A stretch of 63,796 bases of DNA, filler included, from Reticulomyxa filosa (Eukaryota > Protista > Foraminifera): assembly GCA_000512085.1 (NCBI GenBank). It is 19 parts of 19 records of this genome, joined end to end, with 100 filler letters (N's around TTAATTAATTAA, not from the genome) between each part and the next. Parts side by side here need not be neighbours in the genome. Positions count along the whole stretch, not along the records: positions 19,679 to 26,955 come from ASPP01005269.1; positions 27,056 to 40,864 come from ASPP01002406.1; 17 more parts are not named here. The stretch is one strand, 5' to 3'. Below, one piece after another: positions 24,666-40,964 of this stretch (positions within the stretch are counted from its first letter, which is position 1; each line of letters opens with the position of its first letter). The notes under the pieces were generated by a model, which ran no database searches, had not been told where the DNA came from, and saw nothing but the letters and a program-made list of their open reading frames with translations. A program made the position numbers and the translations under genes.

Positions 24666-25235
24666 TCATCCAAAATAATTTTCAGAAGAATAAAGGACAT
24701 ATAAAAAGCCATCTTCGCTTTTATTTTTCTCATATACATCGGCCATCAAAGCTCCATTATGCACCAATTTGTTGTTTATAAACACAAATATTGTCTCTTC
24801 GGGTTTCAATTGGACACGACTCCTGTCAAGGGGGATATTTATGCGTTTCTTCGTTTATTGCCCACGGATAGCACATGTGCTTACTATCTGTGTTGTTTAC
24901 ACAACAACAAACAAAGGAAAAAAGGACAAACAGGGCATAACTCAACCTGATAACAGCTATAAACTGTGCCATTGAGAGATCTCGTGGCACTAAGATTTTT
25001 GATTTTTCCATTTCCTTCAGCTTTGATTTTGGATCTCTTTCACATATCACTGGAATCCTGTTTTCATATTTTGTCTGCTATTTAGACTTGTTCTCCTCCC
25101 CTCCCTGCCTCTCTACACTTTTGACATGATAGGAATCTCATACCGATCAGGATACTTTGCCGTTACACGGCTGGCTTTCTCCTGTCGTTCGGTTAACACA
25201 TGCTCCTGTTGAAATTGGAAAGTTGTAGACTTCAT
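24666..25235 (-). CDS. ATG8: Autophagy ubiquitin-like protein ATG8, 3 exons
   Basis: Exons 25235-25144, 25057-24947 and 24848-24666: KYPDRIPVICE, KILVPRDLSMAQFIAVIRKRI, EDGFLYVLYSSENYFG*. The exon 2/3 junction needs a 1-nt correction. Confidence 0.93.
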
Positions 25236-26574
25236 TCTAACAAAAAGATGCAAATGCCTCGATGTTGAATTTGATTTTAACCCAAAACTAAAAATAGATA
25301 ATTGATCCACAATATTTTTAAAAATTGTTATAGTCCCCTTGCACACGTCGAACACTCAAGTTTAAGCTGTGCACATTAAATGTGAACTCTTCCAACGAAA
25401 AAATATTAAAAGAAAACAAAAAATTAACGAGAGTTACTACAACGTTTCTAATAGAATCAAGAAAAAGTTCTTTTCATTAGAACATGCAATTTCTTTAATA
25501 ATAGGATTAAAATATTTCAACAAGAATTTTTATTTCTTTTGTTTCCCTTTAACTAAAAACAAAATTCTAATTTCAAATTTCTTTTTCTTAATTTAAACTT
25601 CATTCCAAACTTCCTAACTCCAGTCCTCATTTAAAGGCTCTGTTTTTCCTTTCAAATTTGCTTTAATCCAAGAATTATGTGGATTACTATCGTGTAGTCT
25701 TGTACTACAACACACAAAATAAACCGTAAAATAGATATAAAAAATAAGACAAAGCAATGGCCAAAAAAGCAATTTTATTGTAAAATTGTAATAATTCATA
25801 AACACATTAACATTAAATTTCATTTATATTCTGGAAATTTGAATCTATATTTCCGTTTTGGTGTTCTGTTTTTTTACCAATTGTATGTGACATTTACACA
25901 AACTCGATTTTACACGCCATCAATCTTTTCAAGAATATAAAAGTTACTTTTGTTTGATAAAATTATTTTTACTATTTCTCATTTCTTCGCGAATTTTGAA
26001 TTTTGCATAGGAATGCTTTGATGATTTTTAAGGGAGAAAATACTTTTCAGTTTGAAAAATGGACACAAATTGTTTCTCCTCGTCAAAAACTGTATGAACA
26101 ACAATATTCTACATTTTTTCTCTTGTGCCGAATTTCTTTAAGCAGTGTAGGACAAGCCCTTATCACGCATGGCTGAACGCTTATGAAACTGAGGAGCTCC
26201 CTTTGGGTTAAATCTCCTCAACAAACTATCTCTTACTTACTTGCTTTCTTTACTTTCTTTTGTCCTTTGATTTATTCTTTAATTTACTTTTGTTTACTGA
26301 AAGTCACTCTCATTTCGAGTAACACTCTTTCGTATTACATTTAGTGAAGCTCTTCACCGTAGACTCCCCACAGCAGCAATTATAAATTACTTTGTAAAGA
26401 TATTTGCTAAAAGATGTGTTTGACAAAATTTCTTAATATTTGATATTTCATCGTTTCATAAAACAAAACTCAACAGCCGTTTTCCCAATCCAAAATGAAC
26501 AACTGCATAAAAAAAAAATTTAAAAAATAGGTCAAAAAAATTTAAAAAATGTGTCGAAAAGGGATTTGAGAGTT

Positions 26575-26955
26575 TCACAGTTCCGACATAGTATTCGAAC
26601 GCAAAACAAAGGGTTTTAAACACCCGGAGAATAGCATCATGACCCGTGTCCTAATGTGTTTGTTCTTCACTTGGATACACTTGACAATATTATCGTAGAG
26701 TTGTTCCACAACTCGCACACGTTGGGTGTTGTCGGCAAAGCACTTATCATTCAACAAACAGTCGAACAAAGTCAAAACGACCTTTGTCTTCCAACGGATA
26801 TTCAAAGTATCTTTACTGGCAGTTGTCTCATTCACCTCTTTGTTGTCTTCGCTGCTATCCTCGTGGGGTTCCATTTTATTTTTTTTTTTGTTTTGATAAT
26901 ATTGCGTCGAGTCTTGCAAATAATTGGTGAGCAGCTGGTTGCCAAACTGATAAAA
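26575..26955 (-). CDS. C-terminal fragment, possibly a Sec7/BIG ARF-GEF or MON2-type helical C-terminus
   Basis: LYDNIVKCIQVKNKHIRTRVMMLFSGCLKPFV resembles the BIG-type end as recalled ([32 protein letters not shown]). Confidence 0.4.
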   Translation of the reverse strand, partial: FYQFGNQLLTNYLQDSTQYYQNKKKNKMEPHEDSSEDNKEVNETTASKDTLNIRWKTKVVLTLFDCLLNDKCFADNTQRVRVVEQLYDNIVKCIQVKNKHIRTRVMMLFSGCLKPFVLRSNTMSEL

Positions 26956-27091
26956 NNNNNNNNNNNNNNNNNNNNNNNNNNNNNNNNNNNNNNNNNNNNT
27001 TAATTAATTAANNNNNNNNNNNNNNNNNNNNNNNNNNNNNNNNNNNNNNNNNNNNATATGTGTGTGTGTGTGTGTTGTGTGCACTTGCTGT

Positions 27092-27553
27092 TTATATCGT
27101 ACTTCTTATAACACAAACACTATGTGTAGTGTGCAATGAGTGAAACTTTGGATGCTCGGGGTCTGATAGCTTCAACATCTCTTCCGCTCGGTCATCTCTT
27201 TTATTGCATTTATGCCATACTTCCTTTATTTTTTCTTCTGAAAATCGGTGCTTGAACTTATCACATAAATCTCGAAAGCGAGATTCTTCGACCTCTCCTT
27301 CATTCGTTTTGTTTTTTAGTTTGGTTTCATTTTGGATACAACCACAAATATCATGCCCTCCTCTCCTCCCTTCTTCTCTCCTTTTAATTGTATTGCTCGT
27401 ATTTCCCTTCTTTTTACATTGTTTCGCATGTGTGTGTATGTATGTGTGTGTGTGTGTGTGTGCAGCTGATAACTTCTCTTCTTTTTCATCTTCTTGATTT
27501 ATTCCTCCTAGGAGTAAAGAAAGGAGGCCCTCGCCGAATAAGTTCCTTTCCAT
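27092..27553 (-). CDS. Hypothetical protein N-terminus with a CUE/UBA-like helical motif, intron-containing, 3'-truncated
   Basis: MERNLFGEG...; FRDLCDKFKHRFSEEKIKEVWHKCNKRDDRAEEML. The (TG)n tract probably lies in an intron. Confidence 0.35.
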   Translation of the reverse strand: MERNLFGEGLLSLLLGGINQEDEKEEKLSAAHTHTHTYIHTHAKQCKKKGNTSNTIKRREEGRRGGHDICGCIQNETKLKNKTNEGEVEESRFRDLCDKFKHRFSEEKIKEVWHKCNKRDDRAEEMLKLSDPEHPKFHSLHTTHSVCVIRSTI

Positions 27554-28162
27554 TTTTTATTTTGATTGAACTTGAAACGTGCTGAGTTTACTTTGGAAAA
27601 GTAGCAACAAAAATGTAACAGAGAGACAGATGGAAATTTATTACTGCATGGATTGCTCGTTTTTGCTCTTTGATTTCTTTTTGTTGACGAATTGTTCGCA
27701 CAATTCCAAAAATAATAGTGTCTTTTTTTGTTTTTGAAAAAGACTGAGAAAAACTCACTTTGTCTCTATCCGGTCTGCTAAAATCTGATTAAGAATTGGA
27801 AAAAAACTAGTGCTTATTTTTTTAGCTTTTAAATTTTAACTTAATGAAGAATAACTTGCTTTTTTTATTTTTATTCCAGTTGAAACTGGAGTCGACTCAC
27901 TGTTCATTTTTCTTGCCAGTTGAACATGAGGTTTGTGTTGCAGGCGTCGCATCAAAGTAATATTGAGAAAAACAAAAAAATAAAATACCAAGAGTTTGCT
28001 TATGGCGAGGTAGAAGAAATTCCAATAATGTACTATGCAGCCAAAGTGAATAATGGCCATTGAAAAGGCTGCATCTTTGACTTTAAGCCAACGCTTTAGA
28101 AAAAAAACTTACTTTTGTTTTTTTTTTGAAAAGTTTTTACTTCAAACACACAGACATAGAAA

Positions 28163-30881
<2,719 letters not shown>

Positions 30882-32401
30882 GGACAGAAAATTAAACAAT
30901 TTAAATAATTTTTTTGTATTGGTGGAGAGGGGGGATGGTGGTTCTCTAAGTTCTATTTTGTGTGTGTTTTTGTTTTGGTGTGTACAGTGGAAATCAAAAC
31001 AATGACTTAAATTTTTAAAACTAAATAATCTTACATTTTTATGTTTTACTGTGAAAGTTTCACTTACCTTAACATAAAATCACACCATCAAATGTTAGTT
31101 TTCGATTGTCAACTCAAAGCGTTTTTGTTTATTCAGTTTCTTGTTGTCATTGAAAGAAAAACTTCAAAACCACTTTCGACTTTGCTACAACAACATTTTG
31201 CACACAAGGCTATTATTCAAATAGAAGTGTAAAAAAAATCTACGATCATAGAAAAAACAAATCGCAACTGCTATCATGTGGCAACATCAAAGCGTGTTCG
31301 AAAATGATTTTTTCTTATAAGTTATTTGCAAAGAACTTAATTTTTTAAAGAGTAAACATTTTTTTATTCTACTTACTTTTTGTTAAGCATTTGCGTAAAT
31401 TTGAAAAAAGAGAAATAATATGTATGACAAGTCGATATAAAACTTGACAATGACGTTTGATATAGTTAATGTACACGTTAAGTCAATGACAACTTTGGGA
31501 AAAGATAACTTTTCTTCAAGGATGTAAAATATTAAAACTCTGGACCTTGAGCGATAACAGTACAAATAAATTGACAATTTTGATGAAGCATTCCTCAATT
31601 ATGTCATTACTTGTATGTTCAGTTTACTCATTATTCAACTGATGCATAACATATGATCTGCTTGTTCAAATGGTAAATTTGTACTATCAGTGTACAAATT
31701 ATCATTAACTGATGCACGAAAACGCAATTTGATTTGCTTGTTCAAAAGACTCAATTAGAAATTGAAAAAATGATACTGAACAAATGATGCGAAGTTAGCG
31801 CAAGAAATTGAAAAACAGCCATTTATATAATGGTTAAACTGTATATACTTTTTTGATGACAAAATGACTACATTCCAAAAACTTTGTAATGAGAACATTG
31901 CCCAAATGCTTATGTATTTACAATTATCATATATAAAAAAAAGCAAACTAATATTTTTATTGAGTAAAATTTGATCGCAAAAGTTTTTTGTTGCATTTTG
32001 ATCAAAATTTACGTACAACGAATTCTTTTTCAACTAGTCACAAAAAAATGTTAAATTTTCTTAATAAAAAACATAGCACAAAGCATTTTTGGATATTTTC
32101 TGTAACGAAACCAAGAAATACTTTGATTTTTACAACAATCCAATGCATTTAAAACGATTTGAATATGGAATAGTGCGGATATTTTGATCACGTTTTGTTC
32201 CATTGACAAAACTATTCGAATTTGAGGATGAAAACTTTACACAAATGAAAATGTTTTTCTGTCGTTGTTGTCTCTGTCTGAAGCGTAGCTTAAGACAAAC
32301 AAAATTTAAAATTAATGATTAGAATTTTTGTTAGTACTTTAAATCGCGATGAAAAATAAAAACATGAATTTTGATTTTTTTGTATTGTAAAAGTGTATAT
32401 A

Positions 32402-34427
32402 CTATCCCCACACATAAATAGGGCCAAAACGAGAACCATAACATAAATTGAAACCACAATCAATGTTTTTTGTATTGTTGTTCGCTGGTAAAAATTTAAA
32501 ACACCATATTCCATCATTTTCTTTACAATTTCCTTTAATTACATGCAATTGTTTACTTGATTGAATATCCCAAAAACGTATTGTATTATCACGTGATCCA
32601 GAACAGATTACATTTGAATTATTTACAAATGGAGGAGAAAAATCAACAGCTCCAATCCAATTTGTATGGCCATTAAATACAGAAATTTGTTTTTTGGATC
32701 GAATATCCCATAAACGAACAGTTTTATCTTCTGATCCAGATAATATTGTATTTGGTTCATACGGTGAGTATTTTACACTTCTTATTATATCTTCATGTCC
32801 TTCAAAATCAATTAATTGTTTTAATGTTTCAACATCCCAAACACGAATAGTTCCATCACTTGATCCAGAACAAAAAGTATATCCATTACCACCAATTATG
32901 CCAGCAGTATTATTGCTATTGTTATTATTTACTTGTAATGGTGAAAAATCAATACAACCAACTTCTCTTGTATGTCCTTTAAAGATATGTAATGTTGTAG
33001 CTGTTTCAATATCCCAAATACGAATAGTATTATCACCAGATGCAGAACATAAATATTGACCACAATTAAATGGTGAAAATTGAATGCAACCAACCCAAGA
33101 ATCATGTCCACTCAAAATTTGAAATTCTTTATTATCTTTGATATCCCAAAAACGAATAGTTTTATCATCTGATGAAAAACAAACGATTTTACGATATTGA
33201 CAATTATAATGATATGGTGAAAATTTTACACAATTCACACACTCTGAATGTCCATTGAATATTTTAATTTGCTTGGTAGTTTTAATATTCCATATACGAA
33301 TTGTTTTATCTTCTGATCCAGAGCAAAGTAAAGAATCATCGCCATCATCACCACCAAATGTTGAATAATCAATACAATACACCCAATTAGTGTGTCCTAC
33401 AAATGTCTGAAGTAATTTTGAGGATGATTGAAATAAATCAAAATTAAATGTAGGAGACTGTATTGATAACTTATCATTATCACCATCATCCACTATTTTT
33501 GTAATTTTGTTGCATTGCTTGAATGAGTCTTGTTGCAAATGGTTTTGTACACTTTTAATTTCATTTCCTTTTTCTTCTGATTGTTCTCTTTTATTCAAAA
33601 CAATTTCAATTGGACTGATATTTTTGTTATCCTTATTTTTTAACATTTGAATTTCATTTTCTTGTTCTTTTTCTTTTAATCGAAGTGTTTCTATTTCTTG
33701 CTATACATTTTATTTACAAATCAATACATTGGTCTCTTTTTTTTTTAAAAAAAAAAAAAAAAATGAAAAACATTGTCAAATTTACAATTTGCTTGCTTTC
33801 TTTGAGTTGATATTGATCAAGTTTTTGTTGAAGTACAGCAATATAATCTAACAATAAACCCAAATGTTTCTGCATTTGTGATTTTTGATGCTGCTCAAAA
33901 TTAAAATCGAATAATGTAGCATCACATCCAAAATCTTTAAATTTGCACATCACAGGTTTTAAACAACAGGAATTATCCACATGGTCCTCCATTTTTTTAA
34001 TCCCTCCTTTGTATTTACAATACTGCTTTGTTTCTGTGATTATGTTTTCTTTTTTTGTTTGATTATTTGCCAATTGGCTTTCGAATTGCCGAGGACAAAT
34101 TACAGTTAATTCATCCACAAGATTTCTTATTGTTCGACTTTTCATGTAATTACAATTATCGTGATTACCAACAGGACATTGATTGTTATGTTCGTTTAAG
34201 TATTGTTTGAGACATTGCTCTCCAATCACCAAAGCATCTTGATAATCTTCATGCTCACTACAAGTTAACTCAATTGCATTGTGTGCAATTTGCTCACATA
34301 ATACGCATTGAAAACCTTTTAAGGATGCTTGTTCGTTTAACAGTGCCACCCACTCTTTGTCGTAACATTCTTTGAATGTCACGGTATTTGCCTTTTTTTT
34401 GTCTTCTTTTAGTGTATGCGTTAACAT
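32402..34427 (-). CDS. RING-like/TRAF-type zinc finger + coiled coil + WD40 protein (TRAF7-like architecture), 2 exons
   Basis: Exon 1 34427-33786 (CVLCEQ..C..H..GEQCL..CPVGNH; ICPRQF; CKFKDFGC). Phase-0 intron 33785-33701. Exon 2 33700-32402 with about 7 WD40 repeats. Confidence 0.85.
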
Positions 34428-34874
34428 CTTTTTTAAAAATGTTTCAATTTAATGGAGTGGATTTTTGTGAATAAAAATTAGAGTAAAAAAAAGTTATCTT
34501 TTTTTTTTGGAACGAGACTGTTAAAAAATAAGAACCTTACAAAATTAAAAAATTGGATATATGTTTGAATGAGTGTTTCATCTGTCCGAGTTTTGTCGTC
34601 TTTTGTTATCAATAACAAGAGTACTTCCCTTATTCGCATCCATACTGAAAGTAGGTGATCTTGGCATATACACATTAGAACAAAATGATTTGCAAGACTA
34701 CATTTATTTGATTGCATATATTTTAAACTAAAGATAAACTATATAAATTTTCTCTCCAAATAGTTACTGGATTGATTTAATTCGAGTAAAAAAAAAGTGT
34801 GGTTTTCTTTTTCTTTTTTAAAAAAATCATTTAAAGAAACATTGCAACTTTACACGTTATATTTTCATTTTTTT

Positions 34875-35260
34875 TTTCCAAAGTAGATTTGTCTCATTCT
34901 CCAAATAATGCGCCGTCTATCTTCCATACTTCTTCAAAATACTTAAATACAATTTCTTTTTTGCCTTTTTTTTTGTTCCAGTTCCCAAAAGTCAATAAGA
35001 ATTTTTAATTTCAATGCTTCCATTTTTGAATATTCCTGTTTTTATTTTGAGTGCCTTTTCATGGCATTCAATTGTCTTAGAATGTACATCACTGTTATTG
35101 TAATCAATTCCTAAATTATCGTACAAATGAGAAACACTAGTTTCGTTTATATCAGGAATATTCAACACAATTTTTAATAGTTTTTCATTATTTTTAATTG
35201 CTTTATTATATTCTTCGCATTTTCTATAGCTATTTCCTAAGTAACAGTAAAATTTTGCAC
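34875..35260 (-). pseudogene. TPR-repeat gene relic; not in the ORF track
   Basis: AKFYCYLGNSYRKCEEYNKAIKNNEKLLKI...SHLYDNLGIDY...TIECHEKALKIK...NSY*LLG...KYFEEVWKI...FGE*D. TPR consensus with two TGA codons where Trp fits. Confidence 0.7.
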
Positions 35261-35546
35261 AAAATTATGTAAAAAAATTGTTGCTTTTATTTCACGATAT
35301 GCTTTTAATTAATTTTTTTTTTGTGTGTTATAAAACTGTTTTATTGATCAAAGTGATTGTTGCTTTAGAAAAAAAATTCAAAAGATAGTCATTGAAAAAA
35401 TGCGTCATTTCGCTTGACTGTAATAGCTGCGTTTGAATAATTGTTAAATGAACGACAGAAATGTTTAAAATATATTTTAATCAGTGAGGATAAATTATTT
35501 CATTAGCTCAATAAAAAAAAAAAGTTTTAATTATTGAAAACAATAC

Positions 35547-36928
35547 TTATCCCCAAATATGAATTGGGCCTTTATATGAACCATAACATAGATTAATATG
35601 ACAATCACGACGATTATTGTTTTTCATATTCTTGTCTAATTGTAAGAATTTAAGACATAATATTCCACCATCTTTTTCATGTCCTTTGATCACATGTAAT
35701 TCCTTCTTATTTGCTCGAATGTCACAAAAACGAATTGTATTATCAGCTGACCCAGAGCATACCACATTTGAAGTGCCACCAATTTCGATATTATCTACTA
35801 CAAATGGTGAATATTCAACATCATTCACATAACTTGTATGTCCATTGAATTCTTGAATTTGTTGACCAGATCGAATATCCCATAAACGAACACTTTTATC
35901 AGCTGATCCAGACAATATTACATTTGAGTTATCAATAGCCCCTAATTCATTTGATCCGTATTTTACGCTCATAACCCAGTCTTCATGTCCTTTGAAAACA
36001 ATGGATTGTTTTGTTGTTTCAATATCCCATATGCAAATGGTTTTATCAGCTGATCCAGAACAAATGGTATATCCATTACCACCAATCACACCAATATTAT
36101 TATTTTTACTGTTGTTGCTTTGCAATGGTGAAATATCTACACACCAAATAACATCTTCATGTCCATTGAAAGCATGTAATGATTTAGATGTTTCAACATC
36201 CCATAAACGGACAGTATTGTCATATGATCCAGAACACAAATATTGACCGCAATTAAATGATGAGAATTTAATGTCACAAACACCATTTGCGTGCCCATTG
36301 AATGTTTGTAATTGCTTACTTTTTTTTATATCCCAACAACGAATTGTAGTGTCATAATATGCAGAACAAACGACATTACTGTGATAGTTATGACGATGGT
36401 ACTGTGAAAATTTCACACAAAATACAAGAGATGAATGCTCATTAAATAACCGGATTTGTTTGTTGTTTGCAATATCTAATACACGAACTGTGTTATCATA
36501 TGATCCAGAACAAATCAATTGATTGTCATTGAATGTTGAATAATCGATACTTTTCACACAGTTAGTGTGTTGAAAAAATGTTTTAAGTAATTTTGATGAT
36601 GAGCAAAATGTATCAATCATACAATTGGCAGTTGCCTATGTTAAATTGTGGCAGTGAGTAAGAGCAGCAAATATTGGAAATAAACAAAACAAAACAAAAC
36701 AAAAACATACGTAATTGGCAACAATTTTGTCAAAATCATGGATCCATCCTAATGTAATATTGGATACTCGAATCCAATATTGAACAATTATTTGGACCTC
36801 TTCTTCTGGTCGATTCATCTCAAACCACATATCGTGTCTTAAAGACAGTCAACTTTTTGAAGAACTGAAATGAGACTTACCACTGGCGTGTGTGTTGAGA
36901 TCATTTTTTTACTGACTGGATTGCCCAT
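35547..36928 (-). CDS. WD40 protein with a predicted N-myristoylation exon and the LGWI-module exon, 3 exons
   Basis: Exon 1 36928-36881 MGNPVSKKMISTHTPV; exon 2 36818-36711 (module); exon 3 36635-35547 with about 7 WD40 repeats ending GPIHIWG*. Confidence 0.87.
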
Positions 36929-37475
36929 TTTTTAGCTTCCTCTTAGATGATGTAAGATAAAGAATTTGGAACTTTTTATCCATGAAGGGGTTTGTCAAAA
37001 ACTACTTGAGAACAGAAGGAATTCATTATTTTCAGGGCATTGCACATCCAAAAGGCATATTTTCTTTATTTTAGGTTTATCTATAAAAGTAACATTTTCA
37101 CTATTAAGAGATTTTAATTAACATTATTAGAGAAAATTAATATTGGTCGAAGCTTCAAATTTGTTAACTAACCGAATCTTAAACAACAAATCCAAGCAAG
37201 AACTTTCTTTTTCGAAAAAACCATCAGAGAGACGAGAAGAAAGCCTTTTTTTTTTTTTGCACACTATCTCCAATAATTTTCAAGAAAAAGTTAGTTCTTT
37301 TTTTTTTTCCAACCAATAACAAAGTTTGGCAATTTGAAATGACCACGTCAAAAAAAAAGCAGCTCAATTTTTTTCATTGTCTTCTGTATTTGACGATGGA
37401 GGCATTTCTATTGTTTTTTTTTTTTAATAAAAAGAAATACAAGAAAAGTATGACTCAAAAAAAAGAAAAAAAAGC

Positions 37476-38940
37476 TCAACGGCTTCTGGTAGTAACCAGA
37501 CAAGTGAAAGAAAAATGTTTGCACACGCTATGGTTGCCAGCAAACTGTTTGTTGTCATCTTCCTCAAAGTGTGCAATCGAGTATTTGTTTTTCTTGACCT
37601 GGCTGGTCAAAATGTAGTTGATATCCTCAAGCAGATCCAAGGGATGATTGATAAGATATACTTTTGTTTCATTCGCGTGAATTGCCAGTGCCTCCCACTC
37701 GATAAATTCATTCGCCAAATTGTCTACCCAAATCATATATGTATATATATATTTAAATTAAAGTAAACAAAAAGAAACTAGTATACGTAAGGCATTTCAG
37801 AGTGGTGATATTGTTGCACTCCGAAGTGGGTAAAAAAAAACAATATCTTCAAAAAAAAAAAAAAGAGCCTTTTTTTTTTTGGAGGGGTTGATAGAACTGT
37901 GATCCAATAATCCGCAAAGCCACGCATATCTGTAACGTTTGTCTGTCTTCTGAGTGATCAGCGTGTGTCTCTGTTGAAACCAAATATTGAACTTTTGTTT
38001 ATGCCTGCGGAGCTGGTCAGGAATGGGCGGAGTATATCCTTCGCAGTACGCAAAGGGGTCAATCATGAGCCCCCTCTTTCGGACGGAGTGCTGCAGTTCC
38101 GCATGGGACAATGACAACGACGATGACGACAATAATAATAATAATAATGGTAAGTTGGATACATTGAAATGCAAACTGGAACAATCGGAGTTAGATCTTG
38201 CACGACATTGCATATTATCGTCATCTTGCATCATAATGCAACGAGCAGCGTTGTCGAATACAGAAAACGCCTCTTCGATGATATCGTGATACTTGTTGCT
38301 TCTTATTCTTCTTCTTCTTTTTCTCTTGATGTTCTTGCACAGTTTGAAAAAGCAATGCAAAACGAGTGCTTCGAAGGCAGGGCTGTTCAGACACTTGCTG
38401 GGTTGCGCTAGTTCGGTGCAGCGGTGAGGATGCGCGGTGACAAAGAAAAGCCATCCTTTTAGGAACGTAATGCAATCACGACATTCTTCCGAGATCACTC
38501 CAAAGTCGGGACACAATAGCACGGCCTTCAGGATCTCTCTGATCGCGTGGCTCGAATCTTTGTCAAAGTCACTCTCAACTTCACACTCCGAAAGTAAGTC
38601 GTCGCCGCATATATTGGATCAACTCCGTTTTGGCTCCATCTTGTATACGTGCGTGCTCCACTGTTTGCAATGGAACGGTCTCTTTTTGATTTTTTGCAAA
38701 AAAACGTATAATTCAGCCCTTTTTTTTTTTCAGTATTTATGTTGCCTGACGATGAAAAAAATTTGTGTTAATGCCTTTTTTCAAGGCACAAGTGATTGAC
38801 AAAAACAAACCCCAAATGCAAAGAGGAAAAAAAAGAATGGCCAGATAAAAGGTAAAATCATTTTTTTCCTCTTGTGATGTTGCCAAGTATGGCCTCGGTT
38901 TAAATATTTGAGCAAAATCCCCCCAAGATAATGAGGACAA
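37476..38940 (-). CDS. Multi-exon hypothetical protein
   Basis: GC-elevated coding-like blocks (ORFs 38737-38940, 37797-38522, 37476-37736) separated by homopolymer-rich intron-like DNA. No recognisable domain. Confidence 0.4.
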
Positions 38941-40964
38941 GCCCCCAACAATATGTCTCTATACATAACTTTCATAAAGCTGTGATGTAATAGAATCAAA
39001 ATTAGGGCACTGAGCTGCAAGGAGATTGTTGGTGTCGAGTGCAATGATAAATGTGCAAGAAAGCTGCAATAAATAAACAAGTGCATATGGATTTGGCTTG
39101 ACTAATTACACCAATAATAGCTAATTCAATTTTTTTTTGCCAGCAAAACTACAGTGATCACGATATATGAAAAAACAGATACTTTGGATCCAATTAAATC
39201 AAGTAGGTAGATTTTCATTTGGAATTCTTCTCACTTTGCTGCAATGAACCACTGAAAAATAAACGATAGCGACGTTTTTTTCAGACTTCAGTACAGTCTT
39301 TTCGATCATTTATTTTATTTCTTTTAATTTTTTTTCCCTAAAAACCTGACACAAAGTTGAAACAATTTTTCAAGTACATACAACACGTCTTTAAAAGAAA
39401 AAAATGAATGTATTCAACAAAATAATAAATACATTTATGGTATAGGTTAGATACTTGTAACTTTTCTTGTGGCTACCATTTCAAATGGACTCCAATACGA
39501 CCAAACAAATAGGATATAATAACGTAATAATATACACAATCAATACTCATGGACGCCAATTCAATATCGATATTCATCAGTGTTATCGAATAAAAAGAAT
39601 AATCCTTTTGTTATTTTCATTGCCAAAGAACTTGCAAATCTTCACAACTTCCAAATCGCCAATATTATTGCCATTGTTATTTTCATTGACTTGATTAAAT
39701 TTCAACTATCCTTTCTCTTCTTCCTCCTTTTCTTCATACTCTTCTTGTTTCTTTCTGTCGGCTACTTCTGCGTGACGGTAAGAGGACACTACACAAGTTC
39801 TTTTTTTTCCCAGGAATAGTGACAAGAGTTAAATCCTATTTCGCAGAGTCGACGCTTACTCGTGGCCTTTTTGGAATACTTGGTAGAAATTGGACTCATC
39901 TAAGGTTATTGTTTTTTTTTTTTCTTGGAATTAACTCTAAACAACAAAAGAAAACAAAACTCCGTATGTTGTATATTGCCAACTGTAATGAATCCCAGTC
40001 ATCAATTTTTTCAAACACGCAAGTGAAAATTGGATAAGAAAAATCGAATCTATTTGCATATTTTCGACATCATTATAGTTTTCTCGATTGGATCAGTTGT
40101 TTATTTACAGTCATAACAAAACGAAACTCGATATTTTTTTTTAATGATCAAGTTTTGAGATAAGAGATAGAATGTATATCAGGGAGCTGGAGAATTGAGA
40201 GTATTTGAATTAAAATTTCAAAAAAAATCACAAAACAAGCACAAAACAACCAAAATTTAACACAAAAAGACAATTCCTTCTGCGTGAATGGTTTCGTGCT
40301 TCTAAAAAAAAATTTGAGAAAACTTTCAAATGTGATTATGCCTTGAGATTGAACATGCCACCAACTTTGACTTTACTTGATGGCACCATTTCCAAAATTG
40401 CTCGATAGACGAGTATTGTATTCTTTTGAGATCTAATGTATACGTGTGTATTAATTATATACGTTTTCAAGTATCTTTCAATCGCAATCACGTTATAAGA
40501 AAACATTATACCTGGACAAATAATCAGCTCCACCTTCAAATTGTTCCACTTCTTGCAATCAGTCATGAGCCACGTTTATGGACCTTTTTTTTTTAAAGAT
40601 ACGCCATTCAAAGCGCAATGTACGATCCATAATTGATTTGCCTTCATTTAAATATTGATTTGTTCATTATTGAACAATATTTTCCATTTGAGAAATGCAG
40701 GCGCGCGTTCTTTGGTAGTGTGGTTCCGTGATTGATTATTGAATGTTCATCAGCAACAATTCGATTTGATGTTGCCACACTTTTTACTTTTCATATGCTG
40801 CAACAATCGATAATGCTTGATGTTGTCGCTGCTGTCACTGTTGCTATTGCCGCTGGGGGATTCANNNNNNNNNNNNNNNNNNNNNNNNNNNNNNNNNNNN
40901 NNNNNNNNTTAATTAATTAANNNNNNNNNNNNNNNNNNNNNNNNNNNNNNNNNNNNNNNNNNNN

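Noticed and set aside
31630-31746. Short direct repeat (AACTGATGCA...TGCTTGTTCAAA twice)
   Set aside because: Only two degenerate copies, with no array structure or associated gene.
39430-39900. Possible membrane-protein pseudogene on the minus strand with many stops at Gln/Trp-like sites
   Set aside because: The frame is ambiguous and no homolog is recognisable.
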